Below, in pieces: positions 35,578 through 43,265 of a DNA stretch of 49,388 nucleotides. The translations under genes and the position numbers were made by a program. Origin of the DNA: a bacterium (lineage in GTDB: Bacteria; UBA9089; UBA9088; JAGUXG01); the NCBI GenBank assembly GCA_043798435.1, contig JAZDOR010000010.1, positions 1 to 49,388 on the forward strand, written 5' to 3'. The notes below the pieces were generated by a model that was given only the letters and a program-made list of their open reading frames with translations, was not told where the DNA came from and did no database searches. The first letter of the stretch is position 1. Each line of letters begins with the position of its first letter.

Positions 35578-36153
35578 TTATATCTTTTCCTCCCTTTGCA
35601 TCTCTTTCAATTTTTCAAGATACTGAACATCTATTATATCTTTATGTCTGCCTGTCTTCTTCAGTTTAATCAGGTCATCAATGGATGGAAGGTTTACCTC
35701 TGCCCCTGTCCTTTCATCCTTGGGTGTCCTTCTGTTTTTATATATCTCCTCAAACGAAATGACCTCTCCTTCTTGATTGCCTATCTTTTTACAGCGAAAG
35801 ACATCAATGGTAATATCGTTCTCTAACTTGAACATAAAGCACTCCTTCATTTTTTCTAATGGTCTTGATGGAAAGAGATCAAATTTTTCAGCTATTTCAA
35901 GAAACTTCCTGGTATTTTCATCACTGCCATCAATATAAAGGTCGTAGTCTATGGTAGCCACAGGGATTCCATAAGCTATCATTGCCTGCCTGCCTATCAA
36001 AAGATACCGTATGCCTTCTTTGTGGATAGCCTTGATAAAATCAATTGGATCGGTTGAATCAGTCATAGTTTTAGCCTCATCAGGGTCAGGGTGGCTAATG
36101 TATGTTGATACCCAATCCTTAACCTCTTCTCTAAAGGAAACTTGGACAGCCAC
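35578..36153 (-). CDS. Minimal nucleotidyltransferase-fold protein (AbiEii/DUF6036-like)
   Basis: LLIGRQAMIAYGIPVATIDYDLYI (G-x...DxD) and C-terminal LPSIDDLIKLKKTGRHKDIIDVQYL. The true start may be the internal ATG at 36069. Confidence 0.55.
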   Translation of the reverse strand: MAVQVSFREEVKDWVSTYISHPDPDEAKTMTDSTDPIDFIKAIHKEGIRYLLIGRQAMIAYGIPVATIDYDLYIDGSDENTRKFLEIAEKFDLFPSRPLEKMKECFMFKLENDITIDVFRCKKIGNQEGEVISFEEIYKNRRTPKDERTGAEVNLPSIDDLIKLKKTGRHKDIIDVQYLEKLKEMQREEKI

Positions 36154-36278
36154 CTGATTAGCCCCTCAATGTGCCTCTCCTCATCTTCCTTTATTGGAGA
36201 ATGAAGCACAGATTCTTCATAGGCCTTTTCCCATTCTTCGTCTTTCATATCTTTCTGGGGTTTTCTTTCCCTTTTCAT
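36063..36278 (-). CDS. Small charged ORF between the protease and the nucleotidyltransferase-like gene
   Basis: 71 aa. ATGA overlap with the protease stop. Overlaps the long form of the next ORF. No family recognised. Confidence 0.3.
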   Translation of the reverse strand: MKRERKPQKDMKDEEWEKAYEESVLHSPIKEDEERHIEGLIRWLSKFPLEKRLRIGYQHTLATLTLMRLKL

Positions 36279-36637
36279 TTTAACGGCTTTGCTGTCATTC
36301 TTTTTAAGGTCATAGTAACCGGATCAACACCAATCCCTACATTTTCTAATGCTACAACCCCTAAAATTGGCTCTGTATTCTCAGGTCCAAAGATAATCTG
36401 AGATATAGTCTCGGAGCCCATAAACGAAATCCTTGCAAAACCATACTTATATTCTACTGATTGGCCATTAGCCAATTCATATACTGCCTTTCCTTCAACT
36501 TGAATACCGGCCTTTATTAACTCGCTCTCTGAAGCCATACAATCTATAGAACCTGTATCAACTAAAAACGATTCTTCGTATCCTGGCAGGGATTTTATCA
36601 GATTTGAAACATTTACCGTAACTTTTGTTACTCCCAT
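36275..36637 (-). CDS. Retropepsin-like (clan AA) aspartic protease, second copy
   Basis: FLVDTGSIDCM active-site motif and ILGVVALENVGIGVD C-terminal motif. Confidence 0.7.
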   Translation of the reverse strand: MGVTKVTVNVSNLIKSLPGYEESFLVDTGSIDCMASESELIKAGIQVEGKAVYELANGQSVEYKYGFARISFMGSETISQIIFGPENTEPILGVVALENVGIGVDPVTMTLKRMTAKPLK

Positions 36638-36652
36638 TCTTTCACCTCCTTT

Positions 36653-36713
36653 AATCAGGTAATCGGTAACCGGTAATCAGGTAACCGATAACCGATTACC
36701 CGATTACCGATTT
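36653..36713. repeat. CGGTAAT-word hairpin between mvhD and the protease gene
   Basis: aatcagg taatcgg taaccgg taatcag gtaaccg ataaccg attaccc gattacc gattt. The left and right words are complementary. Same word as the carA tract. Confidence 0.85.
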
Positions 36714-37125
36714 ATATTTTCTTCCTCAATGGGTTTGGTCCCAATGCTCGTACTTTTTCTGTCATCTCCCGGGCTGCCTCAGCAAACTTTGGCCCCATAG
36801 AGGCACTCATATTATACATCTCCAGCCTCTCTCCATCAAGACCAATTTCAGTGAGCAGCTTTTTGGCTCTCTGGACCCTTCTCTTTGCCTTGATATTGCC
36901 GTCAGTGAAATGGCAGTTGCCCTCAAGACAACCAGCCACATACACGCCATCTGCCCCATCCTCAAAGGCTTTAAGCAGATAGATAATATCCACCTTGCCT
37001 GTGCAGGGCAGTTTAACTATCTTCACATTTGCTGGATAGTTAAGCCGCATAGAGCCAGCCAAATCAGCAGCCCCATAAGCACAGTAATGACAACAAAAAG
37101 CAACTATCTCTGGTTCAAACTCCAT
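36712..37125 (-). CDS. mvhD: MvhD-like (methyl-viologen-reducing hydrogenase delta subunit family) electron-transfer protein
   Basis: IVAFCCHYCAYGAADLAG, VKLPCTGKVD, GADGVYVAGCLEGNCHF. Confidence 0.85.
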   Translation of the reverse strand: MEFEPEIVAFCCHYCAYGAADLAGSMRLNYPANVKIVKLPCTGKVDIIYLLKAFEDGADGVYVAGCLEGNCHFTDGNIKAKRRVQRAKKLLTEIGLDGERLEMYNMSASMGPKFAEAAREMTEKVRALGPNPLRKKI

Positions 37126-37173
37126 TCTCAGATACCTCCTTCCACAAAAAATTTTCTTTTTTAACTATAAATT

Positions 37174-37313
37174 GTAACCGTTCAGGTTATGTATCAGAAG
37201 TGTAAGAAGGGGGGGATAAGGAGATAATGGAGATAGAAGATATTATTATATTATCCCCCTATCCCCTTCCATAATCCCCACATCCCCTTTTCTTACACTA
37301 CCTGAATGCTTAC
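37174..37313. repeat. 140-bp MITE-like nested palindromic element with GTAACCGTTCAGGT/ACCTGAATGCTTAC termini
   Basis: The outer arms are at 37174-37187 and 37300-37313. The inner arms are gaagtgtaagaaggggggataaggagataatggagata and tatccccctatccccttccataatccccacatccccttttcttacac. Confidence 0.85.
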
Positions 37314-37381
37314 CTATAATTTCAACATATAAGATTAGTTAAAGTCAAACATTTTTTGTAAGGCTTCGCCAATTCCTATAT

Positions 37382-38548
37382 TTATCTACTGTAGATTCCT
37401 TTGTCAACAAGGAAGGTTATTGCCTTTGCCAGATATGAGCTTTTGAGCAGGATTGCCCCTTGTGGGCATAGCTCCTGACAGCAGTAGCAGCGGATACATT
37501 TAGCATCATTTATCTTTGCTTTTGCATCCTTTAGCATAAACGGAGTTCGGGATTCAGTTGAATGCTTTGTGCCTTTGTGCCTTTGTGCCTTTGTGCCTTC
37601 CATTATTTTTATAGCTTCTCTTGGACAGGTCTTTTCACAAACCCCACAGCCAATGCAGACCAGAGAGACAAAAGGCTTTGCTGTAAAGAAAGGCTTCAGG
37701 TATCTCCCAAATCTTCCCCAGGGGGCAACACCTTGTGGCAGTCGAAGGGGAGGGGATATAGGCACAACCTCATCACCAAGCCACTCACACCCATCAAATT
37801 TTGCTCTCTCTGAAAGACCAGGGACTATCTCAGGCTTCCATCCAATCAATCTGCAAGCTGCAAGGTCAGCTAAGATAGGATTATCGCTCACGATTATCCA
37901 GCCTATATCTCTAAGAATGCCTCCAGATGGACCATTTCCCTCCATGCCAACGATTCCATCCACTATAGTCAGCTTTGGCTGGACAACATCTGCAAGAGAA
38001 AAAAGCATACTTGCAAAATCCCCTATCTTTGGTAATGTTGAATGATACCCCAGCTTATCAAAGCCAGGGATAAGACCAAAGAGGTTCTTTACGCCGCAGC
38101 TTAAAATGGTGTATGAATGGGTCTTCAGCTTTGGGATATTGACTACAGAATCTACATCACTTATAAGATTTATCAGCCTGAATCCCTTGCCATCTCTAAA
38201 AAAGCTCTTATATCCCGTGTCATAATTCAGATTGACTCCCAAACCTTCCATCTGGGTGATTCGGTAGAGTTTCTTGAGGGATTCTTTTGTGTAAGGGATT
38301 GCCATGCCAAGGCTATCAGCAAGATGGGGTCTGCCCCCGTTAGAATTAATCAAGTCAGATACAGCTTTGACCACGGCAGGATGTGTGGTTATTCCCTTCT
38401 CTGGAGGGTAGTAACCAAGAAGGTTTGGTTTGAGAAGAGTCTTTCCCTTTAGAGCATCTATTCCGCCTATAAGCTCTATCCCTCTCTTTACTGCCGCAAA
38501 TACCTTCTCCTCATTATAACTATTACACCTTATAGTCGCAACCTTCAT
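37382..38548 (-). CDS. DUF362-domain protein with a C-terminal 2x[4Fe-4S] ferredoxin domain
   Basis: N-terminal MKVATIRCNSY..LLKPNL and TH..T.L..GVKN are DUF362-like. The clusters CIGCGVCEKTCP and CIRCYCCQELCP are separated by an atypically long repeat-encoded linker. Confidence 0.75.
   Translation of the reverse strand: MKVATIRCNSYNEEKVFAAVKRGIELIGGIDALKGKTLLKPNLLGYYPPEKGITTHPAVVKAVSDLINSNGGRPHLADSLGMAIPYTKESLKKLYRITQMEGLGVNLNYDTGYKSFFRDGKGFRLINLISDVDSVVNIPKLKTHSYTILSCGVKNLFGLIPGFDKLGYHSTLPKIGDFASMLFSLADVVQPKLTIVDGIVGMEGNGPSGGILRDIGWIIVSDNPILADLAACRLIGWKPEIVPGLSERAKFDGCEWLGDEVVPISPPLRLPQGVAPWGRFGRYLKPFFTAKPFVSLVCIGCGVCEKTCPREAIKIMEGTKAQRHKGTKHSTESRTPFMLKDAKAKINDAKCIRCYCCQELCPQGAILLKSSYLAKAITFLVDKGIYSR
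37563..37597. repeat. Octamer tandem repeat (GCCTTTGT x4) inside the ferredoxin domain
   Basis: tgctttgt gcctttgt gcctttgt gcctttgt gcc, translated as KAQRHKGTKHS. Same CACAAAGG words as the intergenic arms at 48875-48941. Confidence 0.9.
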
Positions 38549-38606
38549 TAGATGAATCTTTATTAGCTTATAGCTTATAGCTATCTATAGTCTATCTAAA
38601 ATTTTC

Positions 38607-38771
38607 GTAAGCGTTCAGGTAGTATAAGAAAAAGGGATATGGGGAAGGTTAATAGAAGTCAGAATTCAGGAGTCATGAATTAGAATACAGGAGTCAGAAT
38701 ATTCTTAATTCTGGATTCTGTATTCTGTATTCTGTATTCTCTCTCGTTTAATACATAGCCTGAACGGTTAC
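38607..38771. repeat. 165-bp nested palindromic element with GTAAGCGTTCAGGT/CCTGAACGGTTAC termini enclosing an empty four-helix-cassette scar
   Basis: The termini are at 38607-38620 and 38759-38771. The inner agaatacaggagtcagaat (38682-38700) is the exact reverse complement of attctgactcctgtattct at 40769-40787 and 31831-31849. Confidence 0.85.
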
Positions 38772-38785
38772 AAAAATTGTCAAAC

Positions 38786-38816
38786 AAAAAAGGGGACCTG
38801 GGTGGTCCCCTTTTTA
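38786..38816 (-). terminator. Rho-independent (bidirectional) terminator after the porin gene
   Basis: aaaaa aggggacc tgggt ggtcccct ttttt: an 8-bp GC-rich stem with a 5-nt loop and A/T runs on both sides. Confidence 0.8.
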
Positions 38817-38833
38817 TTTTCTCTTTCCCGAAA

Positions 38834-40192
38834 TTAGAACTTGGTTACGAGCTGGCACTTGAGCATTGAGGCTGAGTCTTGCATTGTGGTTAGAGATGCA
38901 TCGCCTGGGCTAAATCTGGCATAGGTGAGGTCAATATTGGTCTTGTCGTTGTACTTGTAACCGCAGGTAAGGTCAATCTCACTGCCGATGTCATCCTTTG
39001 CACCAGATGCAACCTTAGCCGCTGTAAGCTTTGTGTAGCCAAAGCCAAGTGTTACACCCTCAATAGCATCAGGAGAGATGGATGCGTTCAGGTTTAGAGC
39101 CTTTACATTTCCAGTTACAGAAGGCTTCAATACTCCTTCTACAGCCATTGCTGAAAAGTAGTTGTAGTTAGATACTATCCCTGTGAATTTCTCATTTTTA
39201 TTGGTGGTAATATCATCACCCGACATACTGAGATAGCTTCCTTCAACAGCTACGGCACCAAGACTGGCCAACTCTGTCTTATAGCCACCACCTATCCTCA
39301 GGGCTGAAGCATCTCTCTTTATCTCTTTCATACTAAATGTTCCTGGTGTTGTTAAAGTTCCGCTCTGCATAAAATCAGGTGTAACATAGTTACCTGACTG
39401 CATAGCATACTCGAAAAACCAGTTGAGAGTTGAAGCAACTTCCATTGAACCTTCCACTTTTATGCCGAGCACATTCTTTTTATCAATATATGCTTCCACT
39501 GGATTGTCTGTAATGCTTCTTAAATAGTAACCGGTAATATTGCCAACTACAGGAAGTGGATAGGATGCAAGCAAACCCTGAATCTTGGCGTCTGTTGTGG
39601 CAGTGGCGAGAGTATAGGTATCACTTCCAATAAAAGTAGCACCCATATTAACAATTATGCTTTCATTTTCCAGAGCACATATCCCGGTTACAGTCAGGTC
39701 ATTGTAAGTTGCCTTGGCTACCTTAGCATTGATGGAGTCGGTATAAAGCACAAGCTCTCTATAGATAGTGCCAATCCCCTGTCTGCCGAGGGTAAGGTTG
39801 ATGTCAGCAGGTAGTGTATCACCGAGGATATTGTCAATAGTCAGGTATGCGTGCCTTACTTGTGTCGCCCCTTCAATAGTTGTAAGGTTTGGTCCATTTG
39901 CCCCAGCATTTCCCCACAAGCTATCTCCATACTGAAGATTAATGTAAGCAGTTATCCCGTCAGACAACTTAGAGTTCATATTCAGCCTGACCCTTGTCTT
40001 TCCTATGCTATCCTCATCTGCATTTGCTGGTACTGTTCCTGTCCCAGTATTCTTGAAATCCGTTGTGTTATTCGTCTTGACACCCTTTGCCCTGATCTCC
40101 CCCGTTACATTTACATCTGGCATCTTTATGCCTGCCAGAACTGGTGTGGCAAGTAATGCCACAATTCCTGAAAAGAAGATTATCTTCTTCAT
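38834..40192 (-). CDS. Outer-membrane beta-barrel porin-like protein
   Basis: Signal peptide MKKIIFFSGIVALLATPVLAG, alternating beta-strand pattern, and a terminal ...QLVTKF aromatic residue. Confidence 0.65.
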   Translation of the reverse strand: MKKIIFFSGIVALLATPVLAGIKMPDVNVTGEIRAKGVKTNNTTDFKNTGTGTVPANADEDSIGKTRVRLNMNSKLSDGITAYINLQYGDSLWGNAGANGPNLTTIEGATQVRHAYLTIDNILGDTLPADINLTLGRQGIGTIYRELVLYTDSINAKVAKATYNDLTVTGICALENESIIVNMGATFIGSDTYTLATATTDAKIQGLLASYPLPVVGNITGYYLRSITDNPVEAYIDKKNVLGIKVEGSMEVASTLNWFFEYAMQSGNYVTPDFMQSGTLTTPGTFSMKEIKRDASALRIGGGYKTELASLGAVAVEGSYLSMSGDDITTNKNEKFTGIVSNYNYFSAMAVEGVLKPSVTGNVKALNLNASISPDAIEGVTLGFGYTKLTAAKVASGAKDDIGSEIDLTCGYKYNDKTNIDLTYARFSPGDASLTTMQDSASMLKCQLVTKF

Positions 40193-40391
40193 TTAACTCC
40201 TCCTTATTTTAGATTGCCTATCTTTGAAGCCAAAGGCTTTCCATTAGATTAGGCTTCCTTATATCTCTTATATATTAACTCCGGCCTTAAATATTCCTCA
40301 CCTCCTTGGTGGCATTTTTGGAGCTTGCTAATTAAGATAACATTATCTTATACTTGTTTTGTATCTTTGTCAAGATAATTCTGTAACTATT

Positions 40392-40425
40392 CAGAATACA
40401 GAATTCAGGAGTCAGAATCCAGAAT
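40392..40425. repeat. 3-prime flank of the four-helix-bundle cassette (heptamer words)
   Basis: cagaatacagaattcaggagtcagaatccagaat. It encodes the last 6 aa of the protein and is an approximate inverted copy of 40769-40800. Confidence 0.85.
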
Positions 40426-40770
40426 AGCCCCAGAGTAAGATTCTAATAATTTGCTGACTTCTTCGAGTAGGAGCAATAGTTTTGAAGAATCACCATACTC
40501 CAAATCATTAGCCAGGATTAAGTAATAACGAGACTCTTCTAATGACCCTTGAGCTATATTTAAGTAGCGAACCTTGTCCGCCCTGCCTTTTTTCTTAAAT
40601 CCCTCGGCAATATTTGCGGGAATTGAGGCTGCCGATCTTCGAAATTGAGATGTCAAACCATACATTTCCTCTTTAGGAAACTTTCTTGTAAAGATATAAA
40701 TATTCAGAACAAACTGATGGGCTTTTTGCCACACAATCAAATCTTGAAAACTGCGTGCAGGTTCTCTCAT
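40405..40770 (-). CDS. Four-helix-bundle protein (23S rRNA intervening-sequence protein family)
   Basis: FQDLIVWQKAHQFVLNIY, SQFRRSAASIPANIAEG and AQGSLEESRYYLILANDLEY are hallmark motifs. Confidence 0.85.
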   Translation of the reverse strand: MREPARSFQDLIVWQKAHQFVLNIYIFTRKFPKEEMYGLTSQFRRSAASIPANIAEGFKKKGRADKVRYLNIAQGSLEESRYYLILANDLEYGDSSKLLLLLEEVSKLLESYSGAILDSDS

Positions 40771-40809
40771 TCTGACTCCTGTATTCTGAATTCTGTCTTC
40801 TTGCTACCT
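40766..40809. repeat. 5-prime flank of the four-helix-bundle cassette
   Basis: ctcattctgactcctgtattctgaattctgtcttcttgctacct. It contains the gene's ATG and is 43/44 identical to 31828-31871. Confidence 0.95.
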
Positions 40810-40830
40810 AATTATTTGAAATCTGTGGAT

Positions 40831-41967
40831 TTAATGCAACCCTCGTAAGGCTAAGCCAATGGTGGTAGCATAAGCAGACTCCCTCTTCTCTATATCACTT
40901 GGCACACCAGTAGTTTTGCTTATATCAATCATCTGAAGTGGCTTGGCAACCATCACATCTATCCCCAGTCCATTAGAAAAGAATGTAGTCAGGTTGGATA
41001 GATTGGCACTGCCTCCGCTCAGGATAACCCTGTCAATATTCTTCTTATATGATGGCAGCTGGGTGTAATAATAGGTGAAAGAGCGGTCAAGCTCATCAAG
41101 AAGCCTTGTGGCTACAGACTCTATCGCATAAGATACCCTTCCAGATTCAGTCGTGGTTATGGTTGTATACTCCTCTCCTAAGAGCAGCCCACCCCTTTCT
41201 TCCTTAGTCTTCTCAGCTTCGGAAAATGTAAGCCCAAACTCCTCTTTTATGGCATCCGTAAAGTCATTTCCGCCCACCATAATATCCCGATTGAAGGATG
41301 AAGAATTCGTCTCAACAATATTGATGTTTGTGGTTCTGGCACCAATATCTATGAGAGCAATCACCCCCTCCTTTTCTACGCCACCCTCTTCTCCAATAGA
41401 CCAGGCATCTTCTGTGGCAAATGTATCAACATTGATATAAGTAGGTTCCAGCCCTGCTTTCTGGAAGATATCAAGATAGCTGTGCACAGCCTCTCTCTTT
41501 GCGGCAACTAAGAGAACCTCCATCATCCTTTCCTCTTTATCAACGAACTCTTTGGTGATATGAAAGTCTATAAGAGCCTGCTCTACCTCAAAAGGGATGT
41601 GGTCCTCTGCCTCAAACCTTATTACTTCTCTCAGTTCTGAGGCAGGCATAAATGGGAGCTTCAGGTATCTTATAACCACAGAATTAGAGGGCACAGATGC
41701 ACAAATCTCTCTTTGTTTTATCTTATTTTCAGAAAGCAGTTTTTTAATGCTTTCAATCGCATGACCTGTCCATGCCTCTTTTTCATCGTCACGAAGAGGC
41801 TCTGGAGATATCTTCTTCTCAGCAAGAGAAAGAAGAAGATACTTATCCTTCTTTTTTGTCATCTTACAGACCTTAATCCTGTCAAAAGAAAGGTCAATCC
41901 CTACAGCTACTTTTCCACTTATTCCAAACATCTTAAAAATTTTACCAAAAAATCTTCTTTCTGTCAA
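40831..41967 (-). CDS. pilM: PilM-like actin-fold type IV pilus assembly protein
   Basis: VAVGIDLSFDRIKVCKM start, IDIGARTTNINIV and ILSGGSANL phosphate motifs. No pilN/O/P/Q lies downstream. Confidence 0.75.
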   Translation of the reverse strand: MTERRFFGKIFKMFGISGKVAVGIDLSFDRIKVCKMTKKKDKYLLLSLAEKKISPEPLRDDEKEAWTGHAIESIKKLLSENKIKQREICASVPSNSVVIRYLKLPFMPASELREVIRFEAEDHIPFEVEQALIDFHITKEFVDKEERMMEVLLVAAKREAVHSYLDIFQKAGLEPTYINVDTFATEDAWSIGEEGGVEKEGVIALIDIGARTTNINIVETNSSSFNRDIMVGGNDFTDAIKEEFGLTFSEAEKTKEERGGLLLGEEYTTITTTESGRVSYAIESVATRLLDELDRSFTYYYTQLPSYKKNIDRVILSGGSANLSNLTTFFSNGLGIDVMVAKPLQMIDISKTTGVPSDIEKRESAYATTIGLALRGLH

Positions 41968-42044
41968 GATATTTCTTGCTTCTGATGTTACTATTTAAAA
42001 ATGTTATATTTAATTACTAAATAAAAATGTTATATTTTTGTGAT

Positions 42045-42128
42045 ACTGTGAATAGTGTGAGCAACTCCAAAGGAGTTGGTCGAGCGATGTGGGAAGTTTA
42101 CTTTCCACAGAGCGTCACTATTCACAGT
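42045..42128 (+). ncRNA. Candidate structured RNA (three-way junction), strand inferred from G-U pairs
   Basis: P1 is actgtgaatagtg/cactattcacagt (13 bp). P2 is caactcc-aaa-ggagttg (7 bp). P3 is tgtgggaag-ttta-ctttccaca (9 bp, one G-U on the plus strand only). Confidence 0.35.
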
Positions 42129-42464
42129 TAATAGATTTGTGGTAACCTTTTAATTAAATCTATCTAAGGAGGTTGCCACAATGGAAAAAGAAAGTATATT
42201 GAAGTTAAAATATAACATTTATCGTAGTGCACCATAACATTCGTTTTTAGGAGTTCATCTGTTCTGTTCGTAGTAATCACATTTATGCGGTTGTGTTTAT
42301 ATTCAACTTGCTAAAGTAAATCACTATGAAAGGGTACACAAATTCAAATGGAGTGATGTAGCAGTAATTAACTATAACATTTAACGTAGTAACAACATCA
42401 GCAGATAATTTTGAAGCTATAAGCCATAAGCTAATTCATAAATTTCCTTTTCATTTCGCGTGTT

Positions 42465-43265
42465 TTAGCGTGTTTCGTAGTCTCCTTTTGCAGCGACCAG
42501 GACTTCTTCCTGTATCTTCTGAAGCTGGGATGAAATGGTAGCATCTATTATCCCAAACCCTGTCTGAACCTTGCATCCACCCTGTTCAATGGAAGGGTCT
42601 TCTCTAATATCTATCCTTTTGCCTCCTGAACTCTTCAAAATCCTTTCCTTCCATTCTGAAGCCACCTCAAAATCAGCAAGATTTACTAAGACCGTTATAC
42701 TTTCCTCGGAAAGCCCCCTTTTTATCGCCATCTCTATGTTGGACAAGACAACCTTTTTATTGCCTTTTATCTCCTCCTTTATTATCTTTTCAGCAATCAT
42801 TATGGCCAGCCCAACTACAACCTCCGCCTCTGCCTTCTTTGTTGCCTCTTCATATACCTTGGATAATGAGGAGAGCGTATTAGTAAAACCAGTAATAAGC
42901 CTGTTCGCCTCTATCTCTCCCTTTCTCTTTCCATCCGCCCTTCCCTCATCAAACCCTTTTTTGAAGGCTGAATCAGTTATCTCGGAAACCTTCTTCTTTG
43001 CCTCTTCTTCTGCCTTCCTGATTATATCTTCACACCTCTTTTCCGCTTCCTTTCTTACATAGCCTTCTACATCAGAAAGCACCCTGCTCCTTTCTTCTAT
43101 CTGATTATTTATCTCTAAAAGCCCTTGTTCTGCTACCCGTATCTTATTTTCAAGCCTCTCAATCAGATTCCGTCCTTCTCCTAAACCAGAAAATGCCTTT
43201 GGGTCTATGACTACATCCGAACTTAGAACAGGCTGCTTATAAACGCTATTCAATGATTGACTCAC
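42465..43265 (-). CDS. fliH: Flagellar assembly protein FliH-like
   Basis: Lies downstream of fliG. Long charged coiled coil, then KKGFDEGRADGKRKG and LAIMIAEKIIKEEI. GTG start inside repeat unit A. Confidence 0.65.
   Translation of the reverse strand: MSQSLNSVYKQPVLSSDVVIDPKAFSGLGEGRNLIERLENKIRVAEQGLLEINNQIEERSRVLSDVEGYVRKEAEKRCEDIIRKAEEEAKKKVSEITDSAFKKGFDEGRADGKRKGEIEANRLITGFTNTLSSLSKVYEEATKKAEAEVVVGLAIMIAEKIIKEEIKGNKKVVLSNIEMAIKRGLSEESITVLVNLADFEVASEWKERILKSSGGKRIDIREDPSIEQGGCKVQTGFGIIDATISSQLQKIQEEVLVAAKGDYETR

Noticed and set aside
42181-42237. The 18-codon ORF as a type I toxin
   Set aside because: The peptide (MEKESILKLKYNIYRSAP) is hydrophilic and has no membrane-helix character. 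It is kept only as part of the candidate RNA/leader finding.
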